Source: Candidatus Nanosyncoccus nanoralicus (lineage in GTDB: Bacteria > Patescibacteriota > Saccharimonadia > Saccharimonadales > Saccharimonadaceae). From it: a stretch of 64,000 nt of DNA. The DNA lies in the NCBI GenBank assembly GCA_963545055.1, contig CAUUHT010000002.1:7789-71788 (forward strand), written 5' to 3'. Position numbers and translations under genes: made by a program. Shown piece after piece: positions 18,776 through 28,613 of this stretch (position 1 is the first letter of the stretch; each line of letters starts with the position of its first letter). A model generated the notes under the pieces. The model was not told the DNA's origin, made no database searches, and saw only the letters and a list, made by a program, of their open reading frames with translations.

Positions 18776-20191
18776 TTAATCTTTAGGGAAAAGTGGAGTT
18801 TCTGGAGGAAGGATTTGGCCACTTCCGGTGAAGATAGACTCAACCGTTTCTGCGACGGGGAGGAAAGGTTTGAGATGATGATTAGCGACTAAAAGCTCTT
18901 TAACTAGCTCAGATAGACTTACTCTTGCCTGCTCAGGGGCGGTTTTAGCGAGCTGCCACGGCTTCTGCTCTTCGATATGACGATTAACATCTTGAATCAT
19001 TCCCCAGGCCTTGTTAATAGCATTGGTGAACTCGAACCGATCCATTAGTTCAGCGTACTCTGGGACAAAAGACGAACTAAAATCAAGTTTTTCGACGGAA
19101 TTTTTCTGACAAAGTACCGAGAGGCGCTGAACAAGATTACCATAATCATTGGCTAATTCATTACGGTAGGCGTTCTCGAACTTTTCCCACGTAAAATCGG
19201 CATCAAGAAAGGTGTCGATGTGTTTAGAGAAGAAATAGCGAAAAGCATTGATGCCATGTTTTTCCAAAACTTCGACCGGATCAATACCATTGCCGAGGCT
19301 TTTACTAATTTTCTGACCATCCACTTGAATAAAGCCATGAGACAGAATAGTGCGTGGCAGAGGTAGGCCTAGTCCTAGGAGAATAGCCGGCCAAAGAATG
19401 GCATGAAAACGCAAGATATCTTTACCTACCACCTGAACAGTGGCTGGCCAGTAGTTTGAGATGTCTTGATCTGGATAACCAAGGACTGTGATGTAATTTG
19501 TCAATGCGTCCATCCAAACATACATCACTTGAGATTCGTCGCCTGGAACTGGAATACCCCATTTGAGATGGGCGACCGGGCGAGAAATTGAAACGTCAGG
19601 AGCATCCTCAAGCAACTTGAGAATTTCATTTTTACGAAATTCTGGGAGAATTTGCATCTTGCCATTTTCGATAGCGGCTTTGATTTCATCTTTAAAATCA
19701 GAGACTCGGAAGTAATAATTAGATTCTGTAAGATGTTGATAAGGGGCTTGATGATCCGGGCAAGCACCCTGATTATCTTCATACTCTTTTTGCGTGACAA
19801 AACGTTCACAGCCCTCACAATACCAGCCATCATAACTGGAAGAATAAATATGTTTTTCTAGGCGTTGCCAAATTTTCTGCACGCGCTCAATATGAGATGG
19901 GTCGGTGGTACGGATAAAGTCGGTATATTTTATATCGAATTTCTGAAGAAAATTCTGAAATTTGGCAGAATTTTGGTCAACGTAGTCCTTAATATCTACC
20001 TGCTGTTCCCCAGCCTTTTTTTCAATTTTATTACCATGTTCGTCAGTCCCAGCCTGAAAGCGCACATTTTTACCCTGCATGGTTTGATAGCGAGCATAGA
20101 TATCAGCAAGTAGATAATCCTCAGCATGCCCAACATGAGGAGCGCCGTTAACATACGGGATTGCCGTCGTAATATAAATTTCTTGAGACAT
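18776..20191 (-). CDS. metG: methionine--tRNA ligase (short form)
   Basis: 471 aa with the HIGH motif PYVNGAPHVGHA, KISKSLGN (KMSKS) and the Cys knuckle WYCEGCERF...CPDH. Confidence 0.95.
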   Translation of the reverse strand: MSQEIYITTAIPYVNGAPHVGHAEDYLLADIYARYQTMQGKNVRFQAGTDEHGNKIEKKAGEQQVDIKDYVDQNSAKFQNFLQKFDIKYTDFIRTTDPSHIERVQKIWQRLEKHIYSSSYDGWYCEGCERFVTQKEYEDNQGACPDHQAPYQHLTESNYYFRVSDFKDEIKAAIENGKMQILPEFRKNEILKLLEDAPDVSISRPVAHLKWGIPVPGDESQVMYVWMDALTNYITVLGYPDQDISNYWPATVQVVGKDILRFHAILWPAILLGLGLPLPRTILSHGFIQVDGQKISKSLGNGIDPVEVLEKHGINAFRYFFSKHIDTFLDADFTWEKFENAYRNELANDYGNLVQRLSVLCQKNSVEKLDFSSSFVPEYAELMDRFEFTNAINKAWGMIQDVNRHIEEQKPWQLAKTAPEQARVSLSELVKELLVANHHLKPFLPVAETVESIFTGSGQILPPETPLFPKD

Positions 20192-20306
20192 GAGATCCTT
20201 TGATATTTTTTAAAATTATTTTCTTATTAATTATACTACAAAAAACGTATAGAAAAACTGAGAGGTCGCATTCAGGGCCTCCCAGTTAATTAATTGATTT
20301 TAGAGA

Positions 20307-21569
20307 CTACTCAACTGTGGAGCAAGAAAGTCCGGTTTGGTTCTCGGCTAGCATGAGGGAGTTTAGATCATGATTCGTGATGGAGCTAAATTCAGATAAG
20401 GACTTAAGGTAGTTATCTACATTATTTCCCGAAATAGCTGTTTTTTTCTTTAATTGGTTGAGATTAATCTCAGTCGTGACCTTAATATTATCATCAGATT
20501 TAATGCCGGCATCAAGAGTGGTCTTTGCAGCAACAGCCTCATTTTCACTATTGTATTGATAAATATAATGCTCAGAAATACCACTAAGGTTATCGTTTTC
20601 AAAGGTAAACTGCCTTTCAAAGTTGCCATAAGCGGCACCAACTTCAGAGGATTCATTAGTACTTAACGGACGAACACAGGTCAGCATTTTTGTCGAAGCC
20701 TTCTCAACCTGATTCTTGCCAGCAGCTTGGGTGGGCTTCTTCTGTGGCTCACTTAAAAACATTAGCGCAAAGACAATCCCAGCAATGACAAAGAGGACAG
20801 CCGCGGCAATAATCAAAATCATGGTGCGATTCAATTTAATCTTTGGTTTATTTTGATTCTTGGCCTGCTTGGCAGCTTCTTCAGCTTGTTTCTTTTCAAA
20901 ATCAGCATAGGAGATGGCACTACCAATAGAACCGGGAGCCGGAGCGGCCGCCACGAGAGGCTGCTCCTCCTGATCCTCCTGATTATCATCTTCATTAGCT
21001 TCGGTTTGTACTGTCTGTGAAGCTTGCTCGCCGCCAACCATCATGTCGGCGCTGGACTGCGTCGAAGCAGAAGCCGTAAATGGGGTGGAGTCTAGAGCTG
21101 AGTTGTCCTGCTGATTTTGAACTGGATCAAACATAAGGCCCGGATCAGAGTTAAGACCTGAATTAGATGCGCTAGGAGCAGCAGAAAAAGAAGATACAGA
21201 AAGCGTGTGGTCAGTTGGCGCAAGCGAGGAAGGTGAAGCGTTTGAGGTCGATTCCATAGAGGCGCTTGACCCAGTAGATGGCTGTAAGTCATCCGTAGTG
21301 GGTTGATAATTACTTAGTTCGGACATTAAACTATCTAGTTCTGGCGAAGCGGTAGGAGCTGGGGTTGGAGAAGAGGAGGCTGTAGGAGCTGGAGTTGGAG
21401 AAGAGGGGGCTGCAGAAACCGGTGAAGCTGGAGCAGCAGAGGCGGAAGAGGGGGCGGCGGTGTTATTTACTACCGAAGAAGGATTTGTGGGCTGGTTATT
21501 GGTTGGTAGAGGGTTCTTACTTAGTGTATGATCATCATTTTGAGTTTGAGGATGAGGAATTGGATCCAT
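20307..21569 (-). CDS. hypothetical single-pass membrane protein: S/P/A/T-rich N-terminal tail, TM, about 150-aa C-terminal domain with 2 Cys
   Basis: 420 aa. The low-complexity tail includes a duplicated SSPTPAPTAS. It has a TM (MILIIAAAVLFVIAGIVFALMFL) and a globular C-terminus. Confidence 0.65.
   Translation of the reverse strand: MDPIPHPQTQNDDHTLSKNPLPTNNQPTNPSSVVNNTAAPSSASAAPASPVSAAPSSPTPAPTASSSPTPAPTASPELDSLMSELSNYQPTTDDLQPSTGSSASMESTSNASPSSLAPTDHTLSVSSFSAAPSASNSGLNSDPGLMFDPVQNQQDNSALDSTPFTASASTQSSADMMVGGEQASQTVQTEANEDDNQEDQEEQPLVAAAPAPGSIGSAISYADFEKKQAEEAAKQAKNQNKPKIKLNRTMILIIAAAVLFVIAGIVFALMFLSEPQKKPTQAAGKNQVEKASTKMLTCVRPLSTNESSEVGAAYGNFERQFTFENDNLSGISEHYIYQYNSENEAVAAKTTLDAGIKSDDNIKVTTEINLNQLKKKTAISGNNVDNYLKSLSEFSSITNHDLNSLMLAENQTGLSCSTVE
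21349..21408 (-). repeat. 2 x 30-bp in-frame tandem duplication (encodes SSPTPAPTAS twice)
   Basis: gcggtaggagctggggttggagaagaggag / gctgtaggagctggagttggagaagagggg on the plus strand. Confidence 0.8.
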
Positions 21570-21649
21570 TTTGTTCCTTTGATTAGATAAAATATTAGAT
21601 AAACGCTTATGTTTATCTTAGCATAATTAGCCGATCTCAACAACTTGGA

Positions 21650-22435
21650 CTAGATTTTTTGAGCAAAATCGTAAACTTTTTGCCAATCAGAAAGAGTGAG
21701 GTCGGCAGGGCGATAATTCTCTTCCAAATCGAGGGTTTGATAAAGCTCTTTAATTTCTTCACGCGATTTTTGAGTAATATATGGAAGACAAGTAATTAGT
21801 TTTTTACGTGGATTCATAAAACACTGCTTAATAAAGCGTAAAACCTCCGGATTCACAATAGGCTGCTTACGAGGCATTAACACTACAGAAGCTGAATCAA
21901 CTTTAGGTGGTGGCGTAAAGAGGCTGCGGTCGACAAAAACTCCTGGATAGACGTCGGCAAAATTAAGGACGGCAAGGGTGAGATAAGTATATCGCCCCAC
22001 ATCCAAAAGTAGACGATCGGCGACTTCTTTTTGCATAAGCAAAACAATTTTCTCTGGTGGATTGGAGGCGGAAATTAATTTCTGAATAATTGGACTGGTG
22101 ATGTAATAAGGAATGTTACCAACCGCAACATAGGGCTCTTTGATTTGATTGAGATCAAATTGAAGAAAATCTTGATGAATAACCTGGAGATTTTTACCAG
22201 GAAAAGAATTTGGGAGGTTGGTGGCAAGTTTTTCATCATATTCGACAGCAAGAACTTTTGGAAAGCGACGCAGCAGAGAGCTAGTGAGAGTACCGAGGCC
22301 TGGACCAATTTCAAGACAGAGGGGCTGAGGAGTTTCCGGATCAGCAGTATCTATCACTGCACTTTCAGCGATTTCTTCAAGAACTGGTCGGTTTTTGAGC
22401 CAGTTTTGTCCAAGGTGTTTTTTATTCTGTAACAT
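21650..22435 (-). CDS. rsmA: 16S rRNA (adenine1518/1519-N6)-dimethyltransferase
   Basis: 261 aa with LGQNWL, EIGPGLGTLT and GNIPYYITSPI. Confidence 0.9.
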   Translation of the reverse strand: MLQNKKHLGQNWLKNRPVLEEIAESAVIDTADPETPQPLCLEIGPGLGTLTSSLLRRFPKVLAVEYDEKLATNLPNSFPGKNLQVIHQDFLQFDLNQIKEPYVAVGNIPYYITSPIIQKLISASNPPEKIVLLMQKEVADRLLLDVGRYTYLTLAVLNFADVYPGVFVDRSLFTPPPKVDSASVVLMPRKQPIVNPEVLRFIKQCFMNPRKKLITCLPYITQKSREEIKELYQTLDLEENYRPADLTLSDWQKVYDFAQKI

Positions 22436-22444
22436 CAGTTTCTC

Positions 22445-23482
22445 CTAGTACCAGTGGCGTGATTGCCAGAAGCTCCAAGCCTGGCTCCAACCACCATAGC
22501 GCCCAGTCACATAGCCGATCATCCAGCGAATTTGAGTGACTGGGTTGGTTTGCCAGTCTGCACCAGCACTTGCCATTTTGGAGCCTGGAAGCGCTTGCGG
22601 AATACCATAAGCACCACTGCCGGCATTCGTAGCGTCAAATCGACAACCTGATTCACGATAGATTAAAGTAAGCGCAACATGGAGATCCGCTTCGGAAACA
22701 CCAGCGGCACGTGCGTAGGAGGCGCAGGCTTCCCATTCGGGAGGAACTGATTTTTTCATACCAACTGCAGTAACGCGATCGACTGGGTTTTTAACAGTTT
22801 CAGAGCTGATTAGTTCACGAGAAACTTCTTTGCCATTAACAAAATTTACACGGTATACAGAATTCTTACGACCTAACTCCCCCACCTGACGAAGATTGGT
22901 CTGACCGGTAGCAAGAGAAGAGTCGCTAATAGTTTTTTCGGCATAGGGGATATCTTCTTCAATAGTAATAGTGCGACCGCCATTACGAGTGAGTTGATAG
23001 GTGGTAGCGATACCTGATTCAAGGATATTTTGACCGGATATTAAATTAAGTTCGTCACCATCATAAATAGTGATACCCGCATCACGGGCAATTTCTTTTG
23101 GATCAAGATTGGCAGACATGATGAATTTACTGGTGGTGCCTGCCTTAATAATAACTGGACGAGAACGATAAATATTAATACGAAAACTATCGGAATTAAT
23201 TTCATCAGTAAGGGCTGGCTCAACGCGATCCGTGTCATGATAATTAATCTTGGCGCGTTCAAGGGCCTCTTTGACGGTTTTGGCGCTGGTTTTGATGGTA
23301 AGAGACTTTGAATCATCATAGAAAGTAACAAAATGACTGTCAGAAACAACACCATTGTCAGAACTATTCGACTCAGCGTAAGTTGGACGCATGCTAAAAA
23401 AGACACCTAGGACTAAGGTTAAGATAAAAACACTGATACTAAAACCACAGAAGAACCTGTAGTAAGATGCATTTAATTTCAT
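22445..23482 (-). CDS. RpfB-like cell-wall protein: TM anchor, DUF348 repeats, G5 domain and a C-terminal lytic-transglycosylase/Apf-like domain
   Basis: DUF348-like VTFYDDSKSLTIKTSAKTVKEAL, G5-like RNSVYRVNFVNGKEVSRELISSETVKNPVDRVTAVG, and the C-terminus IYRESGCRFDATNAGSGAYGIPQALP...GRYGGWSQAWSFWQSRHWY. Confidence 0.75.
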   Translation of the reverse strand: MKLNASYYRFFCGFSISVFILTLVLGVFFSMRPTYAESNSSDNGVVSDSHFVTFYDDSKSLTIKTSAKTVKEALERAKINYHDTDRVEPALTDEINSDSFRINIYRSRPVIIKAGTTSKFIMSANLDPKEIARDAGITIYDGDELNLISGQNILESGIATTYQLTRNGGRTITIEEDIPYAEKTISDSSLATGQTNLRQVGELGRKNSVYRVNFVNGKEVSRELISSETVKNPVDRVTAVGMKKSVPPEWEACASYARAAGVSEADLHVALTLIYRESGCRFDATNAGSGAYGIPQALPGSKMASAGADWQTNPVTQIRWMIGYVTGRYGGWSQAWSFWQSRHWY

Positions 23483-23513
23483 CTTCGTTATTATACCATA
23501 ACAAGATTTAATA

Positions 23514-26287
23514 CTAAAGAGTGGCGCCGCGAGTGATTAATTCGTCATGATAGGTTTCAATATCGGCTGGGCGCATATTGGCAACTATGCGATCAATTGG
23601 CATTACCTGAAGAAGGTTATCTAAATTATAAATAAGATCAGGGCCAAGGAGTGATTTAATCACACGATCATCGTTCAATTTTGCAACTTCATCACTGTAT
23701 ATAGAAGACTCTATAAGTTCTGAAACTAATTTACTATATAATTCGGGCTTAATACTGTTAAAATCAGCGGGATGTTGCTCTGAGAATGTTTTGAGGCTAT
23801 CAGGAAGCTTTTCTTCCATCATTTTATTCATAGCTAGCTCTAAATTACCACCTTTAATAGCTGAATCTAATTGATTGTCTAGAACTTTGTCAATAATTAC
23901 ATCCTCACTAGTATTTTCCAGAATAAAATCTTCAATACTGGCAATAAATACATCACGGTAAATGACTGACTGAGCAGCTTTAATATCAGCTGGATCAGTC
24001 TGAATAGCATCTAGATGTGACTCAATACCTTGAAGGTTCATTTTTGAAATAAGAAGATTGACGGGGATATCATGATTCGCAAGCAACTCAAAATTTTGTG
24101 AAATACCATCACTACCCAACTTATCGAGAACTACGTTAACGTCGATACCTTTTTCGAGGAGAGTATTGAGATTCTGTACAATACCATCACTATCCAGCTC
24201 ATTAAAAATAGCATTGATATCGATACCTTTTTCGAGAAGAGTATTGAGTTCTGTGCAATACCATAACTACCTAGTCTATTGAAGGCTGCGTTAACATCGA
24301 TACCTTTTTCGAGAAGAGTATCAAGGTTTTGTGAAATACCATAACTACCCAACCCATTGAAGGCTGCGTTAACATCGATACCTTTTTCGAGGAGGGTATC
24401 AAGGTTTTGTGAAATGTCAATATTATTTAACTTATTGAAGGCCACATTAACGTTGATACCTTTTTCGAGGAGGGTATCAAGGTTTTGTGAAATACCATCA
24501 CTATCCAGCTCATTAAAAATAGCATTGATATCGACACCTTTTTCGAGGAGAATATTGAGGTTTTGTGAAATGTCATAGCTATTTAACCTATTAAAGGCAG
24601 CATTAACGTTGATACCTTTTTCGAGGAGGGTATCAAAGTTATACAAAACACCATAGCTACTCAATTTATTGAAGACTAAGTTAACGTCGATACCTTTTTC
24701 GAGGAGAATATCGAGATTGGCAACCATGTCACTACTACTAGTTTTTTCAAGAACACACTCAAGCTTTTGTGTTAATAAATCTTGATTGATAGTATCTTTA
24801 TCTTCATCATGCAACAATCTTGATAAGTTATAGATATTTCTTAGTTCTGCAATTTTCGGATCTGGGCCATTGTGGGTCTCTAAAGTAAAAATTTCACGAT
24901 TTTTTTCGTATAAAAATGCGTATTCATCGAGCGTAAGATCTTCACCTTTTTTAGCTTTATCCTGTAGCCTAATAAGCTCTTTTTTGTCCCTAAATTTTTC
25001 TTTAAAATGTTTTTCTGGGTTAAGAGGATATTTAAGGGCCTCTTGCTCGACAATAGGGATAAGAGAGTCCTCAACTGTTTGACTGAGTCCGTTCTCAAGA
25101 CCAGAAATCTCCGCCACTCTTCCTTGCGTATCAAAGCGAATAGAAGCACAGGCGGTTTTCGACATTCCGTCTATACTGTTTTCGTTTTCCAACTTAAAGA
25201 GTCTAAACCTAGCCTTATTATTAGTAATATTCTCATTAGTTTTTAGATAATACGCACCCTGATGTTCGCTAGCAATACACCAGGGTGTACCCTGAGCGGC
25301 TTCGGCGAGCTCGGATTCTTGTCCAGGATAAAATTCAAACCATTCACCTTTTATATCTTCTGTACGTTCAGGTGTAGGGATAGGTTTATAAGTTTCTTTA
25401 AAAAAATGTGTGTAAATCTTGCCAAAATTTCCGGATTTTACAATTGCGTTAAGTTGGTCATCGTCGGTATGCTCTGTAAACCATTTATCTTTATCTTGCC
25501 CGAAAAAATCGTTAACCGCATCAAGTGTAAGAGCAAGAGCTGCTGGGTTAACTTTTGGATAGGGAGCGATGGTGGACTTGTCACGATTTTCATATTTACC
25601 ATATTTGTGATTATATGTACCCATTTTGATAACACCATCAAAGGCATAGATCTTGAACCAAGTAGGAAAAGGGGTTTCTTTATTACTGAAATATTCTGTC
25701 CAACTGTTTATGGAATCAATCTGATTTTGGCGAAGCCTTTCATAGTCTTTATTCATCTCAGACTCCGTATATTCGACAGATGGAAGGCCTTGTCCATTAC
25801 GATCATCGTCAAAGGCCTTCTTAAGTTGGGTCCAAGATTTATTATTAATATTCTCTTTTTCAATAATTGGAGCAAAATTTTTGATGGATTCTTGCCAAAT
25901 CCTCTTTTCAAGTTTATTACCACCACGTTCGATTGCCAGATCAAGACGTTCAAGATAAGCATAATTCTTTCTATCTTTTGGGTTTTCACCAGGGATCTTT
26001 TCAACTTTCTTCATTGGCTCGCCAGTTACAAGTGTCTCTTTTTTAGCAGCCTGCTCGGCCTGTTTTTGTGCCATTAAAGCTTTTTCATAATATGGAGTAA
26101 CTAAAGGCTCCTTTGCGTCCGGAGTTCTTCTTTCCTGAAAACTAATTAATGTGAGAACACTAGAGTAGATAGTATTTACTCTTTTTCGCTGAAGTTCTTT
26201 TAGTTGTTCTGCCTCATTTTTATGAGAATCATAAACTTCCTGAGGATTATCCTCATGCCTTGATGATAGACCTTCATGATTTGACAT
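23514..26287 (-). pseudogene. large cytoplasmic repeat protein (about 920 aa if repaired) interrupted by a 1-nt deletion. The track splits it into a 742-aa and a 201-aa ORF.
   Basis: The frame of 24131..26359 and the frame of 23514..24119 carry the same 26-aa repeat. Shifting the frame by 1 nt at about 24248-24250 joins them seamlessly. The likely true start is ATG 26287 (MSNHEGLSS), because TTGACA-17-TAGGAT lies at 26359-26331. This may equally be a sequencing error or phase variation. Confidence 0.6.
24018..24718 (-). repeat. nine in-frame 78-bp (26-aa) tandem repeats, consensus NLDTLLEKGIDVNAAFNRLGSYGISQ
   Basis: By my count the units fall at 24641-24718, 24563-24640, 24485-24562, 24407-24484, 24329-24406, 24251-24328, 24174-24250 (77 nt), 24096-24173 and 24018-24095 (degenerate). 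Confidence 0.85.
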
Positions 26288-26378
26288 AATTAATTCTCTG
26301 TTTTGTTTATTTTGTTTATGCTTATTTTTTATCCTACAAGTATTTTGTGGTTTTGTCAATTAGGAATAGAGGTGATGA

Positions 26379-28613
26379 TTAAAAATCATCTGGAAAAGGG
26401 TCGATCTCATCGTATTCGATATCGTCGTTGAATGGGTCAAAATCGCGATTAGATTGACTCATTCTAGGCTCAGAATAGAAAGGAGATCCACTACTCGAAG
26501 AATCCGAATAGTCAGATCTACTACCGTAGGAATCAAAATGACCTAAAGATTGGTTGCTGTAAGGATCGTAGCCTAACTCAATTAGAAAACGTGATGGCAT
26601 ATTATAGCTGCGCTGTCCGTTCGAAAAACGGGAACCGGCGTAAGTTAAAATAAGTAACTTTCTGGCCCTAGTCATTCCTACATAAGCTAGACGACGCTCC
26701 TCCTCAATCGCCTCTTCATCATCAGAGCGAGAGCTCGGGAAAAGACCCTCTTCAAGCCCCACCAGAAAGACGGCCGGAAATTCAAGACCCTTGGCGGCAT
26801 GGATGGTCATGAGGGTAACGAAGTTCGTCGAGGTCTGTTCATCGGCGGAAGACATGAGGCTGGCTTCAGCAAGAAAATCCTCGAGAGCGTCAAATTCACT
26901 GGCATTACCAATCATGGTATTGAGGTTTTCGGCTCTTTCGTCACCAGTCGGGGTACCATCTCGAAGAGACTCAGCTAAACCAAAATAATGGATAGCCTGC
27001 TCTGTAATTTCAGCCGGCTTGAGTGATAGATCAAGATCGCGCAAGAAGTTCTGCAGCCTAGCAAAGCTATTTTTGGCTTTACCAGAAAGTGCATCAGAGA
27101 GACCAGTGTCAAGTAGGGCGTTATTTTTCCCTTGTACGGACTGATCATAGTTTTCAGATTGATTTAGAAAAGTATGAATTTTTTCAAGACTGGCTGGACC
27201 AATACCTGATAATAAATTGCGGCAAATTCGATCGAGACTGATGCGATCATGGAAGTTAACGATCAGTTTTAGAACCGCCAGAACATCTTTGACCTCCTTG
27301 CGATCATAGAAGCGCACCCCACCAATGATTTTGTAGGGGATTTGATGAGAGATTAAGGCTTTTTCAATAGCGTAGGATTGTGCATTGGTACGGTAAAGGA
27401 CGGCAAAATCAGAGTAGCTGGTAAAATCCTTAACTAACTCGCCATTTTGCATGGTGGTTTTAGAATTTGCCAGAAGATTGATGATTTTTAAGGCAGCATA
27501 GTTTGCCTCGGCGGTTTCATCCATCAAAGACTCGATTTCAATGGGCTCACCATCGCCAGCTGTAGTAAATAATTCCTTGTCGGTCCTAGTTTTATTCTGA
27601 TTAATAATTTTTTGACTGGCAGTTAGAATATTGCCCGTACTACGATAGTTTTGTTCCAATTTAATGGTTTTAGCCCCTGGAAAATCACGCTCAAAATTTA
27701 AAATATTCGTAAAGTCGGCGCCGCGCCAAGAATAAATTGACTGCCAGTCATCACCGACCACACAGATATTCCTATCTTGGTTAACTAAGGCCTTAACTAA
27801 ACGATACTGAATCTGGTTGGTGTCCTGATACTCATCAATCAAAATATGCTCAAAGCGATTCTGCCAACGCTCGCGCACTTCACGATGTTTTTCAAAGAGG
27901 TGAGTAACCTCTAGCAACAGGTCATCAAAATCTAAGGCAAAGGAATCGCGTTTTAGCTTCTCATAACGAGCAAAGATTTTGGCGGTTTTAACCTGATTCG
28001 GATAATATGCCTCCTCTTCAAATTCCTCTGGAGTTTGCCCAATATTCTTACAGTGAGAAATGGTGCCTTGAATAGATTTTGGCCTTAAAGTTTTGTCGTC
28101 AATTCTAAGGTCCTTCATTGCCTGCTTGATTAAGGAAACTTGATCATCGGTATCGTAGATGACGAAGTTCTTATCAAGTCCAGCGGCTTGATGTTCGATA
28201 CGCAGAATTTTGACGCAGATTCCGTGAAAAGTCCCCATATAGTTCATGAAGCTACGAGGAGGATCGGTGAAGCCGTCAAGATCTGTATCTTGGCCCAGTG
28301 TGGAATCAGAAGCAAGGAGGGCAGTATTATCTGCAACGATGTCGTCGGAAAGTTGTGGAGTAAGGTAGGCGTTTGAACGAGATTGCTGAAGTAGCCTCCA
28401 TAAGCGCTCGCGCATTTCCCTGGCGGCTTTGTTGGTAAAAGTAACAGCTAGAATACGCTCTCCTGGAATGCCATGAGAGATTAAATTAGCAATGCGATGG
28501 GTTAAGGTTTTAGTCTTACCAGAACCAGCGCCAGCCAAAATCAAAAGTGGCCCAGTTAAAGTTTCTACTGCTTCTTTTTGAGCAGGATTTAGTCCCTCCG
28601 TAAAAATATTCAT
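26379..28613 (-). CDS. pcrA: ATP-dependent DNA helicase PcrA/UvrD
   Basis: 744 aa with LNPAQKEAVETLTGPLLILAGAGSGKTKTLTHRIANLI, DEYQDTNQIQY, TIHAAKGLEF and RRLAYVGMTRAR. Confidence 0.9.
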   Translation of the reverse strand: MNIFTEGLNPAQKEAVETLTGPLLILAGAGSGKTKTLTHRIANLISHGIPGERILAVTFTNKAAREMRERLWRLLQQSRSNAYLTPQLSDDIVADNTALLASDSTLGQDTDLDGFTDPPRSFMNYMGTFHGICVKILRIEHQAAGLDKNFVIYDTDDQVSLIKQAMKDLRIDDKTLRPKSIQGTISHCKNIGQTPEEFEEEAYYPNQVKTAKIFARYEKLKRDSFALDFDDLLLEVTHLFEKHREVRERWQNRFEHILIDEYQDTNQIQYRLVKALVNQDRNICVVGDDWQSIYSWRGADFTNILNFERDFPGAKTIKLEQNYRSTGNILTASQKIINQNKTRTDKELFTTAGDGEPIEIESLMDETAEANYAALKIINLLANSKTTMQNGELVKDFTSYSDFAVLYRTNAQSYAIEKALISHQIPYKIIGGVRFYDRKEVKDVLAVLKLIVNFHDRISLDRICRNLLSGIGPASLEKIHTFLNQSENYDQSVQGKNNALLDTGLSDALSGKAKNSFARLQNFLRDLDLSLKPAEITEQAIHYFGLAESLRDGTPTGDERAENLNTMIGNASEFDALEDFLAEASLMSSADEQTSTNFVTLMTIHAAKGLEFPAVFLVGLEEGLFPSSRSDDEEAIEEERRLAYVGMTRARKLLILTYAGSRFSNGQRSYNMPSRFLIELGYDPYSNQSLGHFDSYGSRSDYSDSSSSGSPFYSEPRMSQSNRDFDPFNDDIEYDEIDPFPDDF

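Noticed and set aside
24018-24718. Regularly spaced 78-bp repeats that superficially resemble a CRISPR array
   Set aside because: The units abut each other with no unique spacers. They are in frame within a long ORF, vary mainly at synonymous or conservative positions, and no cas genes are nearby. This is a protein-coding tandem repeat.
25262-26077. 271-aa plus-strand ORF antisense to the repeat-protein gene
   Set aside because: It has no SD or promoter. Its composition is F/I/L/K-rich, typical of the reverse complement of an AT-rich gene. It lies entirely inside a longer, better-supported minus-strand ORF.
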